A stretch of 64,000 bases of DNA, taken from Phoronis australis (lineage: Eukaryota; Animalia; Phoronida). Shown here piece after piece: positions 12,414 through 23,725 of the stretch (its first letter is position 1; every line of letters starts with the position of its first letter). The position numbers were made by a program, and so were the translations under genes. The stretch covers positions 211,337 to 275,336 of the forward strand of contig NMRA01000297.1 of NCBI GenBank assembly GCA_002633005.1, read 5' to 3'. The notes under the pieces were generated by a model. The model saw nothing but the letters and a program-made list of their open reading frames with translations, made no database searches and was not told the DNA's origin.

Positions 12414-13772
12414 CGTTCTAATTAAAAAATAGAGTTGTTATCATGTCATTTTCACCCCTAGAATCCGTTAATCGACAAAGTTCCCACACTACTGACTAGA
12501 GATCGGCACGAACGACTCAATTGCCATAAAAACATCAATTCATTGAAAACAATGCGATGAAGATATGTACCAAAATACACGACGAGATCGTTTTAACCTT
12601 TGTCTGACCTTGAAGCAGAAGTCTTTCTCACTAATGGTCTGATCACCATGGCAATTACATTTTTTGTAGCCTAAACTGTGTTGAAGTTCACTTTCTTTTC
12701 AATGTTTCGAGTCTTCATAGACGATCACGTTCCTGTTATTGCAATATAACTAATAAGTGACGCAGCAGCCCTGGGAAACTTTGAAAACCTCGTGATCGTA
12801 AAGTTTGTATTTTGAAACAATTTAAAACGTAGAAATGTCGTGTTTATCACAGCACATTCAACGTTTCAAAACATTTAAGAGAACAATATGTTGCACTGCA
12901 CAGGCAAAATGCGACAATTCCTATTCGATTGCAATCCTACGAGAGGTACCACAACAAGAGATTTTTGCACATATGTAGTGGGGTAGCTAATTATATAAAT
13001 ACATTAATAACTGCAACCCTACGTGGAAAACCAGGATTTCAAAGACCAGCACTCTAAAATTTCTCCACGAAGAGGTAAGGAACGTGCATTTTGTCTGAGA
13101 ACATACGTGCACATGTAAACGTGTCAGTGAATGGACCCGTTTACAAGTTGTACCGTTCAAGTGAGACGTTTCAACAACAACTTGTCTGGCGGTATTAAGA
13201 TAAGTCCACGATCCCCAGTAATGTAGAATTATTAGTCTTCATACACGCCATGTTGGTCACATCACGTGACCTATAGCTAAGTATGAAAAGATCTCTGTTC
13301 CAACCAGGGTTCAAAACGTGACTTGCTGCTAACCGTGCAGACTATTAATTGTTATTGACACGATATCTACGCTCCGGTTTGTAACAACACAATTAACCGT
13401 CAGTAATCTTAACATTTAAACACTGCCTTCATAATGCACAACCAACAACAACAAGGTTTTTTTAGACAGTTTCATGCCGAGTCAACAGTTTGTATTCCTG
13501 AGAAAATCAGCAGGCACGGACATATATCACCATGACAATATATCCTTGTCGCGTGCTTAACTGCAACAAACGCCGAAAACGGAAATGCACTGCAGCGAAT
13601 CTGTTTTATAATTAAAGGAGTTTGAAAAATACATTCAAAGTCGGATTTTTTGTTGATGACCTGATTAGTGTATTCGTGAAAAGTGGCAAAGTTGGTTAGG
13701 CCAAGGCACCTACATTAGAGCGCCATGTTGAACGCCAGTGACTCTCTCTTTAAAATGTGCTTAACGTCTTAC

Positions 13773-13952
13773 CTGCAGTGCCAAACTTATAGTTTCTCCC
13801 ACGACAGGGAGTCCTAGCGTACCCGGTGGTAGCGGCAGCTTGCTTTCAGTATCTCGCGTGCTCAGTATGTAATGCTGCCACAGTTTCACCGCCAAGTAGC
13901 ACAGAAGTGTCGGCACAAATATTGCCAAGAAGCCGCCAACGGTTGCCTCCAT
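13773..13952 (-). CDS. CYP26: CYP26-family cytochrome P450, exon 1 (60 aa: membrane anchor plus proline-rich hinge)
   Basis: ATG at 13952; MEATVGGFLAIFVPTLLCYLAVKLWQHYILSTRDTESKLPLPPGTLGLPVVGETISLALQ matches the CYP26 pattern LW..Y...RD....LPLPPG..G.P..GET; GTAAG donor follows, phase 0. Confidence 0.93.
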
Positions 13953-14109
13953 GCTTGGCAAGTAATCTCTGCAAAGACGAGAATGTAACACTTGTAGAAA
14001 AAATGCAGTTGAACTTAAGACTAGGACGATGCAAGCATGTGCATGCGAGCGAGTCCGAATTGGTGCGTTTATCAAAGTTGATTGTTTACTGTGTGCCCTA
14101 GTCAGCGTC

Positions 14110-14136
14110 TTTATATAGAGTCAACGATCTGATTGG
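14110..14136 (-). promoter_or_regulatory. CYP26 core promoter: TATA box (TATATAAA, 14117-14110) and CCAAT box (14136-14132)
   Basis: Minus strand reads GCAGCCAATCAGATCGTTGACTCTATATAAAG, about 160 nt upstream of the ATG. Confidence 0.7.
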
Positions 14137-14240
14137 CTGCACTTTTACCCTCAACAGAGTTGTTGAGGAAAAATGGAAACCACTTGCGTTTCTAAAAATA
14201 GCCTAGACACTTGACCACAATTCATTTTACATGTTTCGCC

Positions 14241-14257
14241 CGGTCAATGGACGGTCA
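14241..14257 (+). promoter_or_regulatory. Candidate proximal DR5 nuclear-receptor element (RARE-like)
   Basis: CGGTCA-atgga-CGGTCA about 125 bp upstream of the CYP26 TATA box; half-sites start with C rather than a purine. Confidence 0.45.
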
Positions 14258-14767
14258 GAAACACTTGGCTTTTAAATTACCATGTACGCCGGTTATTTTT
14301 CTATTTACTAAGAAATTTATAATAGCGTTTTTGTCTTCAACGGATTCCGTTAAAAACATTGCACTCATGTCTGACAGTTTTCAATCTGAGGACAGCCCAA
14401 AACGGAGCATATAACCAAAATCAACTGCCAGAGTACCGAGAGACACTTCAACGTAAACGCAAGAAGTACGCGACGGAAACCAGTGTGATCACGTGCTTTT
14501 CTTGCAATACATGACGATATCTCACAGTCTTTTTATTCAGATGATACTATATTTGGTTTGGAACGGTGAAGGACTGTCTATAGTATTACAACATAACGAA
14601 ACACGGTTAATTGGTAGATACAAATTGCCTTTAATGCTCGTGAAAAATAAAAGAAAATTTGGCCTAATGTTGCATGCATCTGTTATGTATATCGATCATC
14701 GGTCCAAAAATGAAGATTGATGGCATGTCCTAGTCTTCGGTTGGCATTCTTGTTAATCTTGGTAAAC

Positions 14768-15107
14768 CATAGGCGGATTTAGGGGGGCAGGGGTCCCCCC
14801 CCCCTTGGCTGCAGGAAGCAACATGAAACAAGAGCAGCGTGAACCGTGAGGAAATATTGAGTTCAGTAACCCAGGACCGGTAGCGGACCGGGAGGGGAGG
14901 GGAGGCTCGGACGGAACCGTGCCCCAGTTTTTTTATTTTTTTTTGTTTTTAGTCCACCGATAGTTTTCCTGAACAAAAGGTCCAAATCCCCCTTTCCTGC
15001 TCCCACAACTTTCGGCAACCCTGTACACAAGCATGTACAACTGCGCTTTGCCCAACATGTTGGCCTTTTGTTGAGCCCCCCATTATGGTATCCTAGGTCC
15101 GCCATTG
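14768..15107 (+). mobile_element. hAT-like MITE with perfect 8-bp TSD, ~650 bp upstream of the CYP26 TATA box
   Basis: CATAGGCGGATTTAGG...CCTAGGTCCGCCATTG; TGGTAAAC at 14760-14767 and 15108-15115. Confidence 0.85.
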
Positions 15108-15687
15108 TGGTAAACGGACTAGGATTTCGGCACAAACACTATAATACTTATTGTGCAAAGCTGTAGTTTATCCTCCAGCTGCTGGAACGACCCATGAGTA
15201 GCGCACGACCTGTTTCTGGCGTGGTCGCCGCGCCACCACGTGAATGAACTTCTGAAAGTACTCTTTGTTACAAACTTGCTCGCTGCAACAATAAACTAAA
15301 ACTATGCACTCCACTCTCACTTCATGTTCCTTTACTCACTCAAGATAACCAGAAGTCAAGTGAAACAAGACCACAATTCACCGTAGTTTTGGCAATTTCC
15401 AGGACCATTTTTCACGGAAGACCTAGTCACGCATCCAACCTCTATTCGCATTTGCGTCTGGTGTACATGTACAACTCTGACATATATCAAGAATGAGGTC
15501 AACAGGTGTATTTGAATTAGCTGAACAAAAAGAACATGCCTGTGCAACCTTCAATGCAGTAACTTGAGTCATAATGCAGATGATAAACGCAGGTTGCGAT
15601 CACAATGCCTACTTCTCACGTTGTGCTTCTAACATGGTATCTCCTACATGTATTGGTGATCCGAAATGGAAAGAAAGCGTGTAATTA

Positions 15688-15965
15688 CCCTTACAAAAAT
15701 GAACTTAAATTTTTAAATGAAAACTTAAAAATTTTTGGCAAAAAACTTAAGTTTTTCCTCTAAAACTTAAGTTGATTTCCAAAAACTTAAGTTTTTAGAA
15801 CTTAAGTGTTTGAAAAACTTAAATTTTTGAAAACTTAAGTTATGAAAACTTAAGTTCGTTCCAAAATCTTGTTCCTGCCAAAAATCTAAGTTTTCGTGAA
15901 TGACATCTTAAGTTTTTCAGGCCAAAAACTTTTTTTGATGAACACTTAAGTTATTTTTGTAAGGG
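15688..15965. mobile_element. MITE with 13-bp TIR and an internal array of AAACTTAAG motifs (CMC/EnSpm-like)
   Basis: CCCTTACAAAAAT...ATTTTTGTAAGGG with TA on both flanks; more than 10 ACTTAA motifs inside. Confidence 0.75.
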
Positions 15966-16408
15966 TAAAGAGTTGCCACCACGCATTTTCTTAGTTTTAG
16001 AGGTTTCAGTTGGCTGAGATGAAATGAATATCATAAAGTCTAACTAAATAGGCACTTTTCATGCCACATAGTTGCGATTTATTTACTTTTGAAGAAGAAT
16101 TAGTTATTTCCAAGTTTCCCGCCAAATGATGTAATAGGTGGAAGACGTTCGGTCACTTGATAATCAATTGCAATGGCGGAATGCAGCAGATCAGAAGATG
16201 GTGACGATTTTGAGCGGCAACTGCATAACTATTATTTAAAATTGACACTTAATAACCACTGACAAAGGTCACACACAGTAAACTTGGGTGACTCGTATTT
16301 AATATTGCCATGATATAATGAGCACGGTGCGGTCTAAACACAATACACAAGCCTACGCGTCGCAGCACTCGCTCACTTGTTGTTTATTCATAAAATTTGG
16401 TAATACAG

Positions 16409-16636
16409 TTACAAGACGGCGAGTCCTTCATCGTAACGCCGCTTTTGTGTTTGGTCAAAACGTGGCTCATTGAATTGTGGCGAATCGCAATTTTCCATAC
16501 TGACATTCCACACTCTCGTACGACGCACAAACCGATGCCACTTCTGTGCAACTTTCACTTCTCTAGAAACTTTGAGCACAGTGACAGTCTCGGTCAAGTT
16601 GCTGTTACTACAGCCTCCACAAACGCCCGTCTTCAT
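16409..16636 (-). pseudogene. Degenerate THAP zinc-finger domain (transposon relic)
   Basis: MKTGVCGGCSNSNLTETVTVLKVSREVKVAQKWHRFVRRTRVW...CDSPQFNEPRFD follows the THAP layout C-x-C...(FP)...W..FV.R...C..HF with several key residues decayed; a CCC-TTAA end at ~16817-16823 may be a Kolobok-type terminus. Confidence 0.55.
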
Positions 16637-17227
16637 GTATAAAAAGGCTGCACTCCGCAGACCTTCCCCACAACTCCTCAATATCGCGCTGGTAAAAACA
16701 ACAATGACGAAGACGGTCTTCCACCCATTACGTACAACTCCGATTAACAGAAAAATATATATTTCTAAAAATATGGCTTGTTTTTTTAGCAACAGGTATA
16801 CTAAAAGCTATAAAGTCCCTTAAAATGTATTAATAAAATTCTTTTGGAGACCCAAGGTGGTGGTGGGAACTCTTTAAAAACACCGAGCAGCAATTGAAAA
16901 AAATATTTGTCTCATAAAAATACAGAAGATGAGGGCACCAAGAGACAGTGTAAAATGTAGAAATAGGCGTATAAATCAGGTTGTAGCTTAGTACAGGCAT
17001 CATTTTCGAAAAAAAAAACATGGGCATGAGTGAATCGACCCAGACGGACTATGGGCCAATGTGTAGGACCTATGGGCCGTACTAGTTTTTTGTCTTTTTC
17101 ATTTACAATTTTATTGGACCCTTTGGATCGAGTTAAGCAATCTCAGTGCGATAGTATGTCAATGAAACTACTAGTTCTGCGCCAATGACGTTGGGCGCGC
17201 TCCTAAAACTATCCTGCTAGTATCATT

Positions 17228-18186
17228 TAATTTTCCTAGGCGTTTCTGATTGGCTGGTTGAAAGCTCAACAACTGGCGTTTTACGTAATTAAACTGTCAT
17301 GACTTATGGGGGAACTGTAAATGTGGATATAGCTTGTGTTCTCCTGTACAGACAAATCGATGCTTAAGTCATGTCAAGACATTTGAATAGAAAAGCTGTG
17401 GCTGTGCCTTTTCGGAGTGCATTTTTCTGCTGTCGCTTACTTTTTGTTCACGTTGGTGTCCTGTGTTCACACAGTATAAGTAACACACCGGTGAAATCGG
17501 CCACATGTGTGTGCATTGTATGTGCTTCAAGTACACGGCTATTAAACATGAGGCCTACTGCAGAAACGAAAAATTTGCTTTCTCGTCACTTGCCTTCATG
17601 ACAAGGCTAAAAATCGTTCATAGTCCGCCATTTTCTTTCTTTGGTGTAAAGCTAACCAATGACTACTGAGGTTACATCCTCGCTGGTTCCCTGCGTGCCG
17701 CTAAGTGGTAGTCAACCCGCAGGTATCACTTAATTTTCCTCGGGAATTTTTTTACATTGGCGTTTCTGATTGGCTGGCCGAATTCTCAACAGCTAGGCGG
17801 CGCTTTACGCAAACAAACTGGCATGATAAAGGTAGTGTAAATGTGGTGTGTTGTACAGACAAATCGGTGCTTCATGTTCAAGAAATGAGAATCCCAGAAA
17901 ATTGTGGTTGCTCATTTTCGGAGTGCATCTTTCTATTGTGGCTGACTTTTGTTTAGGTTGCTGTCCTATGTATTTTCATACAGTGTGAATAACACTCTAG
18001 TAAATTCGGCCAGATGCCACCTTGTTTATTGTACATGTTTGTGCTTGAAGCACGCGGCCATTGGCCTACTGCAGAAACGAATTAGTTGCTGCTAAGCCAC
18101 TTGCATGGCAAGACTAAAAATCGTTCATCGTCCGCCATTTTCTCACTTTGTTGTAAAGCTAACCAATCATTGCCGAGATTACATCA
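17228..18186 (+). repeat. Diverged tandem duplication of a ~460-bp unit (17228-17680 and 17731-18186)
   Basis: Collinear blocks GGCGTTTCTGATTGGCTGG, TGTACAGACAAATCG, TTTTCGGAGTGCAT, GGCCTACTGCAGAAACGAA, CTAAAAATCGTTCAT, TGTAAAGCTAACCAAT in both copies. Confidence 0.9.
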
Positions 18187-18351
18187 AAGAATGTTAAGGC
18201 GCGTGCTACTGGGTGCTACCTGCGTGCTGGCTAACAAGCGGCACGCAGGGAACCAGCGAGATGTTACATCAACCAGTGATAAAACACGTGCTACTGAATG
18301 ATACCTGCGTGTTTTCTACCCCCTTAGCGGCCACGCAGGGAACCAGTGAGG
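17678..18351. mobile_element. TIR-bounded element enclosing the second duplicate unit
   Basis: CCTCGCTGGTTCCCTGCGTGCCGCTAAG.GGTAG at the left is inverted at 18316-18351, with another inverted copy at ~18238-18260. Confidence 0.6.
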
Positions 18352-20075
18352 AGTAGACAGCAACTAAAAGCCGTACAAACCAGGGCAGACGCACATGTTA
18401 TGACCACACATGTAATTCTTGTGTGTCAGTGCACAATATTCTCATGTGATCACTGACTCGCGACAACGAAGGGGGGGGGGGCTAGTTGGTGTTAAGAATG
18501 AACAGCAGTGACGGCATGCCCTTATTGATGGATGAAAAACGTAGCACAGGGCAACATGTCTCTAGGACCGCGAAATGCGCAGCTCAAAACTCACGTCGTT
18601 TCACGGAAGACGATGGAGGGACCTTAACTACCTCCCCCCCTCCCGACAGAGGTTTTAATGTCAAGTCTAGTTCAATCGTTATCTGACGCTATTCAAATTC
18701 TGTGACCCGTGGTTTCGGCACAAGTAAGGCTGTGCGCATCCCATCGACAATGATGAACATGTTTGTGAAAACACTGTTGTTAAAAATAAGAACGACCGTT
18801 TTATTACAATCCAGTTCCTATCAATTCTTTATGACGCGTTAGAAAATGAACTCGTTAAAGTCGCACACAACGCTAATTACAGCTTCCCAAAACTCACCTT
18901 AAGCCGTTACACTAACTTAGATCTCTTGCCGCTATAAAATTGGTCACAACATGTTCCTCACCTAGATGGGGAATGATTTCTGGGCTGAGGAACATCTGAC
19001 ACTTGGGTATTGCTAGAGACCTTACATGTGACCAGGCGAGCTTTCGTCACCTACAGAAGAATGACGAACTAATCTGAGTCACGCTGCAGTCATATGTGGC
19101 CTCAGGCAACGATCTGATACGTATTGAGTTTGCAGTACGGTAGTATTTGGTGTTATCACACCAACCGTCGAACTATTGCCGGAAGATTTTTAAAAACACC
19201 GGCTGGATATCAGTTTTAAAAATTACCAGTCTGTGCAATTGATCAGATAAAAATCGCTAGGCACCGGTATGGACCTCAACCGGCAGGATCGCAGCCGAAC
19301 ATCGTTTTATAGGCGTACAAGGGTTGGAACTTAATTGGCAGGATCGCAGCCGAGCATCGTCCCATATGTGAAAGCGGAAGCAACAAGTTTAGACCAATGA
19401 AGTTTTTAACGACTCATAAATGTAGTAACATGGCGAAATCGTATACTTCAAACTAAAATAAATCAACCTAGCAAAGACCAATCTTCCTTCTGAAGCAACC
19501 AGTCAACTCCACTCAGTCGATGATTTTATCACGAGTAATCAACAACAACCTCCATATAAAACAACCACAACAACAACAAAAACAACAAAACAAAGGTTTC
19601 AACTCAGGCCAAAACATAAACCCAACCTATGGTTTTCAACAATGGCTATGCACCGGGTTTTAACGGTGCCAAACATGTAAATACGACCTTCTTGAGATCA
19701 ATACGAGAATACGTTCCTGAAAGTTGATGGACGTTATCATCCACCTATAGGCGAGGACCGTAACGATGTTCATCACGTTTTGAACAAAACCGTTTCAAGG
19801 TATTCATCAGGTAGATACAGTGTGTTTATAGTTGGATCATGTACTGCTCTCATTGTGGAATGTGTGATTACACGGACTAACAGTTTGACTTATTGATAAT
19901 GATAACAACCCCATTGTGCTGGTTTGCCTCATGACCTTTAAGGGCGCCAGTTTACTTTTTTAAACCCATAACATTGTCAAAAGGGCTCGTGTTGACTTCA
20001 ATCACTGGCAACATAATTTTACAGTTGATAAAGTGCGGTATTTTAGCACACTCTACAGTTAATCTGCCAGATGGA

Positions 20076-20111
20076 TGTTCGTTTAAGGGTCAATGCGTGG
20101 TCATACGGTCA
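20076..20111 (+). promoter_or_regulatory. Candidate distal half-site cluster (DR5-DR5-DR2)
   Basis: TGTTCG-tttaa-GGGTCA-atgcg-TGGTCA-ta-CGGTCA about 6 kb upstream of CYP26. Confidence 0.4.
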
Positions 20112-22719
20112 TCACACTTGAATTCAAACCATAAACAAGGTTGACTGACAATTTGTGTAAAACTGTCTCACCGCGCTGTAATTTCAATTGAATTTTCCTA
20201 TGTTTATGCTAAGGTGGAACTGTACAGTTACAATGTAGCCGCGGTTAAAAAATAAAATTAAATTGTTGGGGTAGGCCAGGTTTAGCGGCAATTGAGAAGT
20301 ATTTATTAGGTTCAGTGAATCTAGGGCGCTTTCATTTGTGAACATGTGAATGAGAAATGTCCATTCGTTCGGCTGTAGGCACACTTTTCTTCAAAATGGC
20401 GTCTCCTTATAGCAATGTTGCAAATCCCTCAACATTAGGCAAATCTTACGTTAAAAGGATTTGCACACAAGTGGACGAGAAAGCGTGCTGAAAGTGTTGC
20501 CCGGACGAGATAATTGCGGTCGTAAACCAACACGCCTGTTTAGGTACGAGTTTCAACGTCAAAAAACGAACTATAAGTAAGGCACACGACCACCAAGGCT
20601 GATTTTAAATTTGAACAGTACATAGAAGCCATCTATGGATTTTGAAAGAGAAATTAGTCAATAGGTTTTCTTGAGCATCGCGGCTAAGACAGGAGCAATA
20701 ATTAGTGAATCGATAAGGACGAGTTAGTCACCAGTCTCATTACTGGCTTAGGCTCACTTATACGTTGGTGTAACAAAACCCAAAATGTTAGCGTGGTATT
20801 TGTGTCATGAACAATTCAGAATTGCAAATGGTTGCGAGATGGCAGCACTTTTCGGCCACGCTTGTGAAATATGTCACCACTTTGCTTTCAAAATCTAGTG
20901 TTGGCTCACATCGAGTAATGACAGGAAAGTACAGATTTGAGAGTAGAAATTGTCACTTTTTCGTTTTATGCCAGGTTTTTCTGGGCTTGGATTCTTCCCT
21001 GGTGGAAATGACAAATAGGCCTACGTACGAGACAGCTAGGATAACATTTCTGTGTGTTTTGAGAAGCGCTTTTTACGTAAAATGGCTCCCAACTTTTCAT
21101 CCTGCCATACAGTTTTCGAAAGAATGAAGGAAAAATTCGATTGAGAATTGTTCTGTCCCTGCTGACCTACCTTTCTTTTTTGTTGAACAAGGTGCTGCCA
21201 TGAAAATGACATTATTAAATCTCATTTTAGAAGATAACGATTTTCCTTGCAAGTGTTAATTGTGAGTTGTGACGCAAACTAAAGATCAAGAACTCTGACG
21301 ATGTTGTTATCAGCCAGAAATAACTTTCTAGTAGCAGTGTGGTCACTTATAGTAAAATGATAGTGATAGTAAAGGCATTCTCGGTGTTCGCTCTTAGTAA
21401 AGCGGCGAAATATCGACGATTTTGTCACGGTGAATGCACCAATGCCCAAATGCCAATTAATTAATGATAGCTCATCAGAAAGATTTATACTTTAATTTCT
21501 AATATGCAAATAAGTTTTGCGCTAATGTTAAGTTGTGTTTTGTCTCAAACCGATTTGAAGTTCGTATAAGTTTTATTATACTCTACTGTCTAGATCGTTG
21601 TTTTAAATGTTTTGCCCATTTGTCATAAAAAAGACAGAGACCTATCAAACCAATCACGTACAGTGACATTTAACTTACCTTAGAAATTCTTCCAAAGTGG
21701 CCGATGGTAGCATCTTGTTCGCACGATTCGTTATAAAGATGATCTCGACCAAGTGTTTCTATCAATAATGAACTTTATATGCACTGCGACTCTGGAAGCC
21801 CGACATTTATGTAACAAAGCCAACGGAGAAAGGCGCTGACCTTTTCAACTTTCGTACGACTACATTACGACGACAGTGACGCAATTTTTTTGGCGTGGAC
21901 GACTTCCATATTGCTCCAAAATTTCGCTCAGAGGGGCAGGGAACACTTGCCACAGGGGCCGGGGTCTGGAACATTTTGTGCATCACAACGAACATTGGTA
22001 CCCAAGTTCAGATTTTTTTGTTAACCCTACCATTGGAAATCAAAGTTTATAAATTCAGTTTGAAGAATAAAGCAGGAAAATCTTTGCTGACGTCCCTGGT
22101 CAATTGGTGCATTGCCCTCTAGCTCAATTTCTCGAAACAGGAATGTGAATCACTCGAGACTGGTCAGATTAGGTTTTCATTGAAAATAAACACATACGCA
22201 TATCAGGGGTTAAAGATCACCGGAACCTGCAAAATTACGTAATACGAAAAAACGTAAGAGTGGCTTACATGACAGACTTAAGCGGAAGCTGAGACATGTC
22301 ACATCAGCGTGTATCATAAATTCAGTCAAAGGATGTTCTTAATGAACGAGGATATATGAAACACGGATAAAAAGAGGAAATAGAGGGTAAAATTAACAAT
22401 TAGGTATCATCGAAAACACTCTGACAATCTCGATCTTCAAATAATTCAGTCCTAAACGTTATTGCCCTAGTTGTGTAGAGTTTGTGGCGGATCTACAATT
22501 CTGTGGCTTCAAACATGATCAGTTATACAAGAACCTCGCAACCAGGAACAGTTGCTTAACTTAGATTGTCAATTTTCTCTCTCGGTCGCCACCCTCCCGG
22601 TCACCACGCCCTCTATGCGCGAGGGACTTAAGCTGTACGTTAGGCACATGTGCGGGAAATTTGGAACTGGAAGGAAACTATCTGTTCTGGGGCAGAAGAA
22701 CACTCCGAAATATATCGAA

Positions 22720-22900
22720 ATACATTGGGGACCTGAAGACCACTCTGGTATATATTGGGGGCCTGAATACATCTCCGGTATATATTGGGATCCTGAAGAC
22801 CTCTGCGGTATACTGAAAAAAATTGGGGTCCTGAAGACCTCTCCGGTATATATTGGGATCCTGAAGACCACTCGATCGGTAAACATTGGGAACCTGAAGG
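22720..22900. repeat. ~30-bp minisatellite x6
   Basis: (ATTGGGRNCCTGAAGACCNCTCYGGTATAT)n. Confidence 0.9.
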
Positions 22901-23418
22901 TTAGGCTGATCATGTATCATCACGACTGTGCATTTATCCAAATATTTACAAATCTATAGATATTGTTAACTCTTTTCAAGAAGTAATCTAAAAGTCGATG
23001 TTACAGTTATCAAAATTATCATTTCATTTTCGTTTTATGCAACTTTTGTTTTTCTTTTCATGAAAACAATGTAAGTCTTAGCCCCTGATCGTAAAGTGGA
23101 ACATTTTAACAACACCTGCTAACAGCACATTGGAGTACGATGTATAAAGCAGATTACTTGAAAGTTTTATTGGATTTTGCTCAGTTATTTCACATGAGGT
23201 TCCCCAGTGCGAAAGTGCTCAAATATTGCCATTTTTCTAGAGTCTTACGTCGAAATTGTAAAGACTCGGAAACAGGCTCAGAACTCGTTTAATGTCATTA
23301 TGAATATACCTGTTCCTAATATTCCCATTGATATTCTAGCCTATCCAAAACTTCCAAATCTAAACTTCCAATTTCACATAAAAATCCGTTCTGTTCTGAA
23401 CCTGCCGCTAAGAACCCA

Positions 23419-23725
23419 TAGTCGGTGGGCCAGATTTTGTAGGGCCTCTAGAAAATGGTTTTTGTGAGTACTTTAGGGGGCAATTTTATTTTGGTGTTTT
23501 NTCTCTGATTGGTCAATTCACTAGAAAAGCGCCATCAAGTGGCAGGAATGTGCATCATATTTTGTGCAACTAAAACACCTTTTTTTAAAAAAATGTGCAA
23601 GTGTAGACGTGGGAACTTTTTGGAATTTGATTTATAGGTATATTATCTAGCCACATAGAAAAAATTAGGTTGCCCCCCAAAAGTACTCACAAGGATGAAC
23701 GCTACGAGATCTGGCCCACCGACTA
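23419..23725. mobile_element. Academ-like MITE (TAG...CTA termini, 3-bp TSD)
   Basis: TAGTCGGTGGGCCAGAT...ATCTGGCCCACCGACTA (17-bp perfect TIR), subterminal TTGTGAGTACTTT/AAAGTACTCACAA, CCA on both flanks. Confidence 0.8.

Noticed and set aside
13953-14075. N-terminal extension of the CYP26 exon-1 ORF (MINAPIRT...)
   Set aside because: Begins at a non-ATG codon; the ATG at 13952 directly precedes the membrane anchor and gives a typical CYP26 length
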